DNA of 64,000 nt from Phoronis australis (taxonomy: Eukaryota; Animalia; Phoronida), in assembly GCA_002633005.1 (NCBI GenBank), contig NMRA01000025.1, forward strand, positions 531,502 to 595,501, given 5' to 3'. Of this stretch, positions 23,801 to 37,140 are shown in pieces; position 1 is the stretch's first letter, and every line of letters starts with the position of its first letter. Position numbers and translations under genes: made by a program. Under the pieces are notes generated by a model. It saw only the letters and a list, made by a program, of their open reading frames with translations, did not search any database and was not told the DNA's origin.

Positions 23801-26800
23801 CTTATTTATGAAAATGTTAGACGGTTTCCGAAAATACGCGCCCAGACTAATCGAAATGCATCTAACATAACTGAAGGTTCGCCCACGCCTCGGTCAATTA
23901 GGTCACCTGTAGAGCAAACCGTGATGATTAGTGAACACAACACTCTGAATTTGACCATATCTACGCCTGCACGATTGTTTACCATGCAGCAGGTAATACT
24001 AGAAAACAAAACACTTCAACCAATCAGGATAGTGCTTAAGCAGCGCTGCGATTGGTTGTAAAAAGTCGGTGGTAAGATGACAAAATTGAAACATGGAATA
24101 TTGACAGGTCACATACTGGGCAGGTGCTCAGAGATTTGGTTGGTGGTAATTATCTTGTTTATCAATGCTTAGATCTACTTCTATTCAGAATGTGAATAGC
24201 GACAACACAAATGACCTCCCCCAAGCTATTGTGAGTGTGTTTACAATATACCCTACCAGGTAACAATAAGGCAGTTTTAGTGAGGTTTGCACTCTCAACC
24301 AGAATGGACTATTTTCAGTGACTTGTTATGCTGGGGAGCTGAAGTTGTGAAAGACCTTTCCCACAAGTGCGAGAATTTAGCCAAATATGAACAGAAATGT
24401 AGAATTTAACTGGATAAATTCATACATTTTCTGAAAGTAGAAATCCTGCAGAATATAAGTATGAGCTTTATATCAAATTTCTCATTAACTGTGACCATGT
24501 TTCATCCGGGCAGAACTAAGAGAAAAAGAAATTAGCATTTCAAGATGAAATCTCAAAAAATATAACGTTTTTCTTTTGTCTATGCGGCTTTTTCACAAAA
24601 AAACGAACCACGTGCAAACGTGGGACATTAAAAATACAAATAGGGTTTTGAAGAACAATTGCACTGAGTTAATTAGTATGGTGTTTTCTTTTACAGTTCG
24701 AGTCTGAAAAATCTACGACGTTGTCGACTGATGACCCGGAGAGTGAAAGTTGGAGCTAGTGGGGGGGTGTATGAAGAGATGAATAAAAAGAACGCTAGCA
24801 GCTGGCTACGGGCATGGAACATCGGGCCTAGGGAATATCGATCCACGGAAACATCGGAATAGAACACCGCGGTTCTGACTGAGGAGCATTGGACCAGAGC
24901 ACCGACAGCTTAAACGTGCAGAGTCGAGCCGGTATACTCTTTTTGTTAGGTCTGCCGCTGTTTTCTTTTGACGTGCGGCTTTGGAATGATGCACACTTGA
25001 ATCGCAGGAGTGCATGTTACATTGGCAGCAAGGGGCACTTATTTTATAGCAGTCAGAAAACGCTAGGGGGCGCTTATAGGGGCATGGGCGCTTCATTAGG
25101 GTAAATTCGGTAGATAATCTCTCCAACACGTGGAAGCTTGCACGCACGCACTGCACTGTTGCCACGTGAGAATTATTAGCAATCCAAGTGGAGCGCTGCA
25201 TGGTCACTTGTCGTCTGCACACTACAGTCGGTTCTCAATGGGCAAGAAAATAGTTCTCATTCAATTCCATAAAATGCGAAATAAGTAACCGTTTCTTGGC
25301 CCTGTTACACAGAAAGTAACATATCAATTTTTAGGTATCTTTAGAATAAAATTTTTCAGTTTTCTTGAGCTTTAACCGACCATTTTTTATCAACTAAATG
25401 GGACCGCATCACATGCGCGTTAATTTACGGCTTCTCGTGTGTGCAATATTTTTTATGAATCGAGAAGTTGTGCATCAAATTTCATCGTTCGAACGCAAAC
25501 AGAGATGTTTTTGATCGACAGTTTTAGGGGATACATGAAATATAAGAATAAAGGGCTACATTTGTGAGTATGACAATCTCGTTTTCTGCAAGCACCGGTT
25601 TATCGTTCAGCAGTCAGGTAATCTCCAGCTGGTTTGGTGGCTGACTCACAATAGCTCTATTGAAACTATTGTGAGAAAGCTCTATTCATGAGCGACCGGC
25701 AGTAACAAGGGGTTACCGTAGTCGCGGGCGCTTTCAGACCACGCTGACCCATATGTCATTTTTCAATTTCAAATTGAAAAATAAAAATATGAAATACGGA
25801 ATCAAAATTTCATTTTTCAATTTCAGACTGAAAATAGAATATTGAGTTTTGAGTCAATATTTCATGTTTCATTATTCAATTTCAAATTGAAAATTGAACT
25901 GGAAACCAGCACACGGATTGAAAACGTCCTCTCAAAAACGTCACATGAAACCAAATAGTGACACCACCGTAATAAAAACCCGCTTACGCCCGTACACACC
26001 GAATTGAAAACGAAAGTCAAGGCTATTCCACCAACCAAAATAGATGTATATTTACAGAATTACAAGTAAAAATAAATGGATAAAAAACTGAAATATCACA
26101 AAAATAAAAAGACGCAATTTACAATTTACACAAAACGACACAAATATACAGCGGGGACTCACTGTCTCTAAAATAAGAAAGAAATGAGGAGCAATAAGTT
26201 GATTTACGAACTATCCCCAAATGTTTGATATAACACATTGCATTGGTCTTGAAAACTTATCTATATACGACACACTTCCATCTTCCTGGCCCCGGAATTT
26301 CAATAGCTGTCTGAGTCTCCTTACCTGGTGCTAGATCAAACGTGGCCAATTCAAGAAGACTATTCCAAATTCTGGCCGCCGGGCGAAGCTTTGACGTACA
26401 GTGCTGACTGAAAGTGTCTCCTAAAAATTGATACCTAATTAACAGGCCCTATCTGCTTCTTTTCACTTTGTACCAGCTCATTGAGGTCATTGTACATTGG
26501 CCAGTTTCTAAAAAGAAAAATCTGCCCAGTGCTGTAGTGGTAAAATTCGAGGTAAATAGGCGCCCAAAGCCCGCCGTATCACCTTGAGCACTGAACGTAA
26601 CTTACGGTGCGTAGGCGCTACGTTCAAATGCCAAAAAGTGGTTGGCTGCGTCTACGTGCGTCTACGTGCGCCTACGCCCCACTACAGCACTGCATCTGTC
26701 TCTATTTGGCGCATTCGCACGAGTTTGAGAGAAGGCACATTTATCCTTGCCTTCAATGTATAATCAGAAGTAAAATCCTGATACATATATTGAAGTATCC

Positions 26801-27159
26801 TCAGATTGATCTTCTTTAACTTTCCTTCAAATTTCTTACTACAAAAAGGTCGTCACAGATTAGAGAAGCTACTGAATGTACAGTAAATACCTCTACGACA
26901 TTCAATATTCATAAATTCTCCCACGCGTTTGAATGTTTAGCCGCTTTGGAACAAATTGAGACAACATGTTGATCAAAATCATCTCGTTGTACAGCTGAAT
27001 GAAACGGGGACGGCAACGCCGAATGGTCGCCGTCCGAAGGTAATATCCCTATATTGATCGCGTTTGCCCGCGTTGAACACAAGGCAATCACCGAGTTCGC
27101 GGCGGTCCCAACTTCAAAGGTCGTCGTGTATGTGGGACATATATGAGGATACGTGTGAG

Positions 27160-27600
27160 CATACCTTACACCATTGTCGTCAGCATAATTTGCAATACTG
27201 GGTAATGGCATACATCTATAAAAATATCATTTAAAAATAGCAAAATTATAAGGTCATAAAATGTACCCTTGGGATACTCTGACAAATATTACTTCTTGAA
27301 CCGCCTTACTGAACACTTTGCCTTCGTCTAATCCTTGACCAGTCTACCAGACTCATTGATACCGAAAAGCTTGGCCTCAAGAAGTTTGTGGGGTAAAACT
27401 TCAAAAGCTTGTGATAAGTCCAACAGTATGGCCCAATATGCATATTGGCATCGATAGCCAGTCTACTCTTCGGTGAAAGCGAGTACAGATTGTCAGTTGT
27501 AGCCTGACTAGTAGCCCTATAGCAGACGGTAGTGCATGGGTCTAAAATGGATTCAAAGTATTCAGTATAGAAGGCCAAAGCGGAAACAATCCAGGACACA
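27160..27600 (-). mobile_element. Decayed LINE reverse-transcriptase fragment (CR1/L2-like)
   Basis: Across frameshifts and stops the minus strand reads ILLDLSQAFEVLPHKLLEAKL, RRQSV, VSQGYIL*P and IANYADDN, the RT motifs in the expected order. Confidence 0.8.
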
Positions 27601-28801
27601 CATTTCTATTAAAGAATTAAAAACTTTGCAGAACCAAAAAAAAACAACTAATCAGGTCACGCCAGGACCTATAATTTGTCACGTCAAGACCAAAATTCAA
27701 CATGTCAAGACAGAAATTTTATCTTTCCATGACAAAAAGTATCACGCCAGGACAGAAAGTGTTCGTGCCAGGAGACCACGTGACCATCCACAAGCACGTG
27801 ACCACGAACATGTGGACGATGATCGAGAGCGTGGCGGCAAAGAGTGCAGTACACTCCTTGGTGGCGGTCTCAGAGATCTTGTACCCAGTCAACCTTAGTG
27901 AAGCATCCGCGTTTTGATAGAACAGTACGCAGAGAGGCTGTGTCTCAATATACTCAGTCGTATTCAAGTTGAACAAAAAATGAAAGATAATATAAAGTCC
28001 CTCATGGCAATTAACTTATTTTTACATAGTACAGCGAATGCCACACAAACGCAGCTATTTTAATAGCTGAATTTAAAAATTCAGAAAAAGCATTAGGAAC
28101 AACGCACGTACCACGCAGATTAAGGGTAGCTAGGAAAACACAAGCACGCGTGGTGTTGGGTGTGAACTAGGAGAGAAAAACATCACTAAGCCCACACGTA
28201 AGTCTCTGTCGTCGACCTCACTACGTTGAATTTCCGCGCAGAGGTAGCATTTAGATGCTGTTTGCTTAATTATCGTAGTTGCCTATAGATTACAAATTAG
28301 TTAGGAATGAATTCCACAGGGGCGGCTCAATTTAGAAATGTCGTCGGATCTTGGTCAAAATATCATGTACAGTGCAGTTAGAGCGCCATACGTGAAAGTA
28401 TGCGAAATCACAAGAGGTGGAATCCGTCTTTATTTTTTTTTTCTAAACCGCAATTTAGTGTCTGAAATTGATACAGCGGAAATGACTTATTAAGATTTAT
28501 CACTAACTGTAGTTGTGATTACTAGTTACAGTAAATTCTCGATTGATCATTTGAAGGAACGGAAATTAAACCAATCAATACGTATGTTGTTGGCGTACAA
28601 AACAGTTGAATAAACGAGGTGAACCATTTTGACTTTAGCAGCTGAGTTAGGCCAGAAATAAGCTGAATAAATAGATTTGCTGATGATGTTGATTTTGTTG
28701 TCAGAAATTACCGCTCTATGTCATATAAGATTCGAATGTAGTCGTGTCACGTCAGAAATTGTTCGGATAAATTGTCGCTGAGTGAGTGCAGGCGTCCAAA
28801 C

Positions 28802-30166
28802 ATGTGGAGGTTTCCGTCAAGAAGATTGTTTTTCGTCGCCATATTCGTGATACCGTGTCTCTTGACCACATATTTTTATCGGACGAATCCCAATCTCCGG
28901 TATGACCATACGCGCTTCTTGAGCACCGACAATGTGGTGCATTTGTCGAAGGCGATTTCTTCAAAACAGATGGATAAATACGATGAATTCATCACAGAAA
29001 GGTTTCAGGAGATCTCCGATGGAATCGACTCAAAAACGACTAAAATTAAACAGCTGAGGAAAAATACTAAAGATAAATATAATCATATTCCTGTATTATC
29101 AACGCCTCGTAACAAGGTTGTCGAGTCTGAAGAAACATTTTCGGGTAACCTCTATTCTGTAGACCTACCGGAAAACTTGAAGGGTTCAAGAAATCCCAAT
29201 TCACTCATCTCAGAAGATATTGTTGAAGAAAATTCAGAATCACGAAATGAGGTAAAGAACAAAGAGGAGGGGGAGGAGGGGGAGGACTTCGATTCCTACT
29301 ATTTGCGGAAGGTGCCACTTTCGACAGTAGAGTGGTATAAACGCTCCAACTTTTCCACTGGAGACATTACGTTTAAGATTGCAAACAACGACATCTGTGG
29401 AAGGAGGCAGCCAGTATATGTTGTAGTCATGGTTACAAGCGCACCACCTAATTTTAGAGAACGACAAGAATTTCGGAAAACGTGGGGAAGTATTAAGAGG
29501 ACGGAAAACAAAAACATTTTGACACAATTCGTAATTGGCACAACGGATAATAGGAGTGTGCAAAACCGCATTGAAAGGGAAAGCAAAAAATACAACGATG
29601 TCGTACAGACAAATTTTCGTGACGACTATTATAATTTGACTCTGAAATCTATGTCAATTATGAAATGGGCGAAATATTTTTGCCCGTCGTCGAGATTCTT
29701 AGTAAAGACAGACGACGATATGTTAGTAATGTACCAAAATTTAGTGAAATTTCTAATCAGAGTAAGTGCAAATAGGACAACCGAAAATTTCTACTCTGGT
29801 TACATTTATCGGAAGACAACACCATTTCGAGAAAAGTCTCATAAATGGTACCTGAGCTACGACGATTTTCCTGAAACATATTTTCCATCGTATGCAGCTG
29901 GTATGTTCTATGTCTTATCGACAAGCTTGGCCTCTAAGATGTACACAATTTCCAAAAACTTTCCCTTGATTTCAATGGAAGATGTCTACGTCGGACTATT
30001 AGCTCGTCACCTGGAGGTGACGCCGCTACATAACTCCAGAATAGACCCACGCGGTACAAAACATTCGTATTGCCGATACAAACACTGGTATATTGCTGTT
30101 CATTACTTATTTGAAGCTAGGCTGTTCATATGGAAAGCTATGAAAGAACGAGGTGACGAGTGTTAA
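28802..30166 (+). CDS. Beta-1,3-galactosyltransferase-like protein (GT31), single coding exon, 454 aa
   Basis: ATG at 28802. Short cytoplasmic tail, TM helix (LFFVAIFVIPCLLTTYFY), long acidic stem, then GT31 motifs R..FRKTWG, DDYYNLTLKS, KTDDD, KWY, FPSYAAG..Y and EDVYVG. Confidence 0.93.
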   Translation: MWRFPSRRLFFVAIFVIPCLLTTYFYRTNPNLRYDHTRFLSTDNVVHLSKAISSKQMDKYDEFITERFQEISDGIDSKTTKIKQLRKNTKDKYNHIPVLSTPRNKVVESEETFSGNLYSVDLPENLKGSRNPNSLISEDIVEENSESRNEVKNKEEGEEGEDFDSYYLRKVPLSTVEWYKRSNFSTGDITFKIANNDICGRRQPVYVVVMVTSAPPNFRERQEFRKTWGSIKRTENKNILTQFVIGTTDNRSVQNRIERESKKYNDVVQTNFRDDYYNLTLKSMSIMKWAKYFCPSSRFLVKTDDDMLVMYQNLVKFLIRVSANRTTENFYSGYIYRKTTPFREKSHKWYLSYDDFPETYFPSYAAGMFYVLSTSLASKMYTISKNFPLISMEDVYVGLLARHLEVTPLHNSRIDPRGTKHSYCRYKHWYIAVHYLFEARLFIWKAMKERGDEC

Positions 30167-31982
30167 AACAAAATGTAGTTTTAAGCGTATTTTGTGTCAT
30201 TAAAATGTGAATATAGCAAAGTCTGTTATTTTAATCCTAAGTGGCATATCTTTTATTCGCCACGACACACTACGACAGAAAATTATTTCCATTCTAGATC
30301 GGATCTTAATTGCGAGGAAAGAAGGAAGTCAAAATGCCATTCATTGTGAGAGTGCGCGTTTAATCATACGTATGTATTCGTCTTGATTGTAAATAAACAT
30401 ATCGCTGTCAAGGCAAGGACAATTTCTACACCAATGTGTAACAGGCGGTCTATTTCGGGATATCCGCTGTTAGACTGTAAGTAAAAGGGTCGAACGGGCT
30501 TACCATATGCGCTCTGCAAGTCCGGTCGTAGCTGAAACGGTCGCAGGTACCGCGTTATTGTTAATAGGACGCTGACGTATTCGGATATTAGGGACATTTA
30601 TCATTGTCGAAAACGTATACTTGGATTACTGTTCCTTGGAAGAGACTTTCTTGAAGTTTTTAGCTTTGACTCAACTGTTAAAATTAACGCAACAAAATAT
30701 GATGTGTTAGCGTTTTTGTTACAAATCGCCAATTCTCGCTGACGTCTGCCAGACATTCGTTTAAAATCACGCCGCACGATTCGAGTTTTTCTAATTTTCA
30801 TGACCTCGCGCGATCGAAGTATGCAAATGTAATGATCAATTTTCAAGTCCAGTTTCGAGTATCATAAATCAGATTCCATACGCCCGCCTTGAACTACTGC
30901 TTTCTCAACCAGACGTCTTATATGCCCTAATTCCATGCTTGAACTTATTATTACCTATAATATATATATAGACACGTTTAAAAAAGGCCGGTGAATCCCG
31001 CCGTGAAGGCTGTGGTGTCTATGAATGTGACCTAATTGTTATGCAGTGACATTGCACAAACGAGACACACGCTCTCTTGTGTACATTTCGTGTCGATCGG
31101 ATAAGCAAATTATGTTACCTGTAGCGAGCAAACAAAAAACTAGCAAAAAATCACAGCTTAGTAACAGACTTGGAGACGGACTCATTCATTGGCCGTTTGC
31201 TATTACTCCGGTTCCCCCGGTATTCCCCCGTCATGGACGCAAAGCTACCCAGGTCGGATTAGCCTGTTTTTCGTGTTTCGCCTGGTCACTGTATCTGCGT
31301 CAACTGGTAAAACCATGACTGGGCCAAGGATTGAACTGGCGAACTTTGGTTGAGAAAACTCTCTGATTTACCAGCCAATGATCCGCGCTGTTACTATAAC
31401 GCCCTCAGGGCAAATTTTTTAGAACAATATAACTTTCTTTAAAAGGCTAAAAGATCTCTGTTTTGTGAAGGAAATGTAGTTTCTCGTATTCTAGAATAAT
31501 TCCTTTCCATTGGTTGATTTTTTCGCCGGCAGTCACTACAATAAGGTATCACCGCCTGTTTGTATTTAGTTTTAATGACCTACTTTCCTTAAATAAAGAG
31601 CATTTTATTTAGGACACTTGTCGCTGTAAATGTGGCCTTAAACTAATCTTGGACGGCCGCGGGCCTAAGCCGCATGAAAAGAACTCTATGTGGAAACCCT
31701 CACCAGTCGAAATAGGCCGGACTTGACCGGTGTACGTGCCTCGAAATCTGCCACCTTGATCACAGACAACCATACTATTGCAGGTAATTACATCGCCTCA
31801 GACAGCGGCAGTGATCAGATTCATTTCAAACGCACTGGGAGCGACAATAGTATTTTAAGTTTTCGTTTTGAAGTTCTTTACACGGCATATTTGAACAGTT
31901 CGTGAAAACAATACGTGACTAGGTTTTGAAGTTTGAAAATCGGACAAGAGCTGTGATATTTGTAACCAAAAACTTTTGTATA

Positions 31983-34325
31983 CAGTGGCGGATCTACGGG
32001 GGGTTCAGGGGGTTTAACCCCCCCACTTGGGCCAGGACCCAAAAATAAAAAAGAACAAAAACGTCTCCAGCAAAACAAAAACGGCACCTCTAGCGTGTGT
32101 AAACCCCAAGTAAACCAACTTGGAAAAAATTGAGGGGGTTCACTCTGGAAATATAATTTTTTTGCGTTGTGAATTACTGAGTCTTCGTGGCTCATCGGCA
32201 AAACGCGCGGAGATCAACTGTGCGCGCGCTTCCGTCGACACTTCTGAAGTAGCCAAGCATTTTAGATGAATCCGGCGCTGAAAGAGCAGCTCTATAGTTG
32301 ATTTCTTTAGGTTACTAGTTTCTTTACTCTAAGATATGTTTTGATTTGATTAGGGGAAATACTGTACGTGTTGCCGCAACCCTGATATTCAGGAGAATTG
32401 ACGTGCAACGTTTTTACCTCATCTGTCATGCCGTGTCATTCTTTGACACTCCACACGTTTGTAACTGATGTACAGTAAAGTTGTCTTGCGCAATATCATG
32501 TACATGTACTATTTTTGAAAAAATCTTTTTCCGAACAATTGCTATTGTGGCGGGCGCCGTGGTCTGGTCGCGAGTACGTTTGAAGATACACTCTAACAAG
32601 TTATGTCTATACAAGGAATGACCAAGGGGGAACTCACATTGACAAAATGACCGCATTCGCAAACAGTATACAGTACCAGAAATTGCGGGGAGGCTGTTCT
32701 TTCACGACAAAGTCTTGCGGGACTCGCCGTGCGATGTTCAGTAGGCCTCCTAAGGAGCCCTAGTTCCGACCTCAACACCTAACGTCTTTCTACCTGCAGT
32801 AAGCACACTGCCGTCTTCTATACTGGGTATTTCCGCAGAAAGGCCCACCCGATGAAACGCTCATGCCCATGGGCATATATTTGATGTTAGTGCTTCGGGT
32901 TTCAAGCGTTCAGACATTGGGACGTTTATTTCGAAAATTGCAAGAGTTGCAAATAGGTCCTGGGATACATTGTCAAGGTTTGAAGTAGTCCATGATGAAC
33001 GGATCAAATTTAGTTGCGCATGTAAGTCTTTTGAATGAACTTGGCAACCTCAAGGGTCTTCGTGCCAACTGAGCTGCGAAACGCGATGCTGACATTGTAG
33101 AGGCTTACAAGCTCATTGACACAGCAGTTGACGAAGTGCAAGCGTTGGGAACAAACATCGAAGATATCTAGGTAGAATGGTTCCAAGACGAGCAAACCAT
33201 TGATCCGATACACAGATTTCTCGGCAGTCTAGACAACAGAAGGATAGAACTAACGTATGAGTAACCACTGGGGATTAAAAAGTAGAGAGAAGTTTTCAAT
33301 TCAAATTTTTTTGCAAAGTACACTTTAGGTCTCGGGACGGACCAGGCCAGCTTGATTTGTGTAGATGTTGAGTTTCAGTATACTTCTGGTCCCTCGGCGA
33401 ACTAATCTTATGTTTTTTTACCAAAGTGTGCTTTGTAAAACTACTTGTCTCAGCCAGTACTGTTTGGTCCCGCGACAGATCGACTATTTTTATAGGGATA
33501 ATAAGCACAGGTGTACTCTTGGTCTCGTGACGGACCAAGTCAGCCTTTTTGTGTACTCTCAGAGTGTACATCTGGTCCCTCTGTAAACTAGTCCAGTATA
33601 TCTTTTCACCACAGTGCACAGGATGTTTTGGTTTCGTGAAACTATTTTCAGATGATTTGTTTCCTGAAACATTTGACGTTTTTCAATTGTTGTCAACGTG
33701 ATTCAGCTTAATAAAGTGATACTTAATTATTTATTGTTGCTTTTAATAATAGACTATGAGAGCACCCGGCATCGTTCGCCAGTTTTTCTCGTAACGAGAC
33801 AGAACACATGTTTATTTCCGGACTAACAGTACAGGTCTTCGTTCTTAAACAACTTGAGGCTGCTGTTACGCGATCATCTGATATTCAAGTTTTTACGCCC
33901 CGTCGGTGCTCCTGATGCTCTTGAATATTTGGAAGTTGTCTAAACCCCTGTATACACACCACACTTTTTCGTACACGACTTTTCGTATGCTAAAAAAGTG
34001 TGTGTAAGCAGATGTTCCAACAAAAAATTTTGCTGGTGGCGTGCCGGACTCATACCTAGATGTGCACAACATGGTTTCACGAAACTTATGAGCCAAGTTC
34101 ATGTGACGAAATCGAGAAGGGTTTTTAATTATCTTATGAAAAACTCCAGAGACATGTTAAGTGCCAAAAACTTAGCAGTATGCATGGAAATTTCACTATT
34201 TGCTACAAAAACCAAAAAATGTCTACCCCCTCCCGACCTCCCCCTGATCGGCGCCACGCGCCTAGGATTCGACCTTTGCGAGAATTCTAAACCCTCCCCT
34301 TACTGAAAACGTAGATCCGCCACTA
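31983..34325 (+). mobile_element. Decayed 2.3-kb hAT-like DNA transposon with a 5-bp TSD
   Basis: TIRs (C/T)AGTGGCGGATCTACG at both ends; flanks GTATA/GTATA. An internal remnant at 33076-33192 reads KRDADIVEAYKLIDTAVDEVQALGTNIEDI*VEWFQD, resembling P52rIPK/ZMYM1-type hAT transposases. Confidence 0.75.
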
Positions 34326-37140
34326 GTATAATATGTTGTAATATTACGCTCCTCATTAATTCTGCTGGGAGTACAACATAATAAGCCAAATACCAAACCA
34401 CCAGGCTGCAGTTGTATTTTGAGGTAAATCAAGCGTCATTTTTCAATTCTTGGCATGGCCGGAGTGGGTTTATCATGAGTCCCTTCTAATCTCAGGCAAG
34501 GGAAATCTTAGATGCTACCAAAGCAAATGTTTGCCAGAAAGGTAACTTTGAAACAACTAGCTTTGTAGACTATAGGTCTGGGGCCGAACCGGCGGATGAG
34601 CCTGAGGACTAGGCCGAATACCAAGAGTACTGACGGTTGGGTGGATCCAGGATTTTTCAGTAGGGGGCAGGGCATATAAGCCAGGATTTTGCCCGTCATC
34701 GACATTCGCACCCCCGAAGAGCCAGATGAAATCTGGGAGAATTTTAGTGGGCCATGGCCCCCTTGGCCCCCCTCTAAATCCGCCACTATAGGTTACCTTT
34801 TTTGCATAATGCATTTTACCCCCAGACTCCCAAGAATTGCGGACGCCCGCGATGTCACAAGATCTATTAAAAAGCTTTCCCCACTGATAATCCGCATTGG
34901 AGCCATATTTTTTTAATTTGAAGCCCAAAGCCGCCAGTTCGATTTCAAAAAACAATATTGAGTTTCTTGCATATTCCACTCACAGGTCCCGACGGCCCTT
35001 GGCCATGCAGCAGTTGATGTTGACGGATTTTGTATGTGATAAAATAAACACAGTCTTAGACGGAAGCCATCTTTATTCCAACTCCCTCNAGTTCGATTTC
35101 AAAAAACAATATTGAGTTTCTTGCATATTCCACTCACAGGTCCCGACGGCCCTTGGCCATGCAGCTACTCTGATCCGATCACTAAGAACGTGACTTAGTC
35201 TACTCATACGCCTCAGTCAAAACGAGGCGATTTGCAATTTGCAGTCCATTTTTTTGTTTTGTTTTTAATTCGACTTTCGGGTCTGAAGTTTATTTTTATC
35301 TTTCGGTTGCCGCGGAGATACGGTCTCAGTCTCGCTCTGGCCCACGTACTCACTGACGCGCGTGGGTCGAACCCTGACTCAAGTCAGTCGCCGCCGGTCT
35401 GAGAGTACGAATAAATACGAAATGCAGGTGTTCCATCTGAACTGCTACTAGTAAATCGGATAATAATTCGTTGCGTGTTTAAACAACTGAAAAAATAACC
35501 GCGGCCGGATTCTAGGCCGGCGCTGCCCGAGTTTCCCGGCTCAGTGACTGATCGCGTGCCACTCAGTACTCAAGTTGCGTTTAAGCGGTGTTGTAAGAGG
35601 TAGAGGAATGGAAAAGATTCTGTTTTGTGCTCTGAAGTTTGTGTTTATTGATTATCAGACCTCGTATTCAACTTTGCATTCGACACAGGCAAACTCCATC
35701 CAGTTTAGTACGGTTCCACGGAGGCTACTGATATGTCATGGCTCCAGCATCTTTTATGTGTACTTGGGCGTCCCGATCATGTTCGGGTCATCTAGATTGA
35801 TTCGCATTCGCAAAATTTGTACATAGTTTCGACCTTTTAAGGGGAGACCGTGAGTGTCAGAACCGGCTGTATCCGATCGGTTGTGTCATGTCTTTCGCTT
35901 CACGCTGACTGTTTTCCTCGTATCTTGTTTTGAATTACTCATTACTGAAGCCATTCCTACACCTTTTCCGTATGCTAATTTTATGTAGCAACTAATTTTC
36001 TCTTTTTTTCGGTAACTAGCAGTTATGCTAATGTTTCTTTTGTTCTATCTATCCTCACCGGTTTAAAATAATTGTATAACTTACTTACTTACTTACTTTA
36101 GGCCTATTAGATACTCGGTTCACATGCTGGCGTTGTCAAAATCGAAATATTCTTTTTGTTACTCGACCGGAAGTATAATGAAAACCGGAAAACAGAATCA
36201 GTGGAACGAAACGTGCTTTTCACTGACAGCTGACTTGGTACTGTTGGATTTCAGACCCTGGGTTGACTTTCTGGCTAGCTGTAAGTATCTGAGGCATCGC
36301 TTTCCACGAATGCCTGTTAACCGTATGAAAAACTACCATATCGTCTCCCTATGACGATGAATATCGGAACAACCTACACGACACAGTCACTAGCCATCTA
36401 CACATAGTGTACCTAATTATCGGACGGAACCTAAATATCGGACATTTCATAAAATCTTACTTGAAGCATAATCTGNGGTACTTTTTCGAAAGTTGATCGC
36501 ATGGCAGAAAATCGTGCGCTAAAAAAAGCTTACAAAAAATGATTTATCAGCGATAATTTGAGACAAAAAGATTACAAACTTACAAATAAAGTCTAAGGTA
36601 ACGATTTATAGCACAAAATTGCCTTATAGTTAATTTTAAAATCTGGAATCGGGTAATTTACCGACGTGGGTTTTACACGGAGGCAGATATGGAGCACCGT
36701 GACCTACTTTTTGATTGTCCTCCCTATTACTAGGCCACTAGGGTAGGGAGGACAACGTTTTTACTTTTTTTACAATGCCCATGGTCATGTGTCATACATT
36801 TTTGAAAAGACCCTGGTGTGAGAAATGAAATGGTGCAAAAGCATAAAAATTGGGTGAGCGGTTACCGAGAAAATGGCCGTTGAAACGTGACGATTATGCG
36901 TAAAATATCTGCCTTTCTACATAATGTCGTAAAACATGAAAGAATATGTGCTGCATATCAAAAGATTCGTCTCATTGAGACAAACATAGTGGTATGTATT
37001 ATATACAATTTGGATCGATTTCTACAGAGGTGTTGTTTTGGTCTGTTGTTAGCATATATAACAGGAGCATCATTGATGAAAACAATGAATTACACAGCTT
37101 AAAACTGAGCTAGGAGGAAATTTCACATCATACCACAAGA

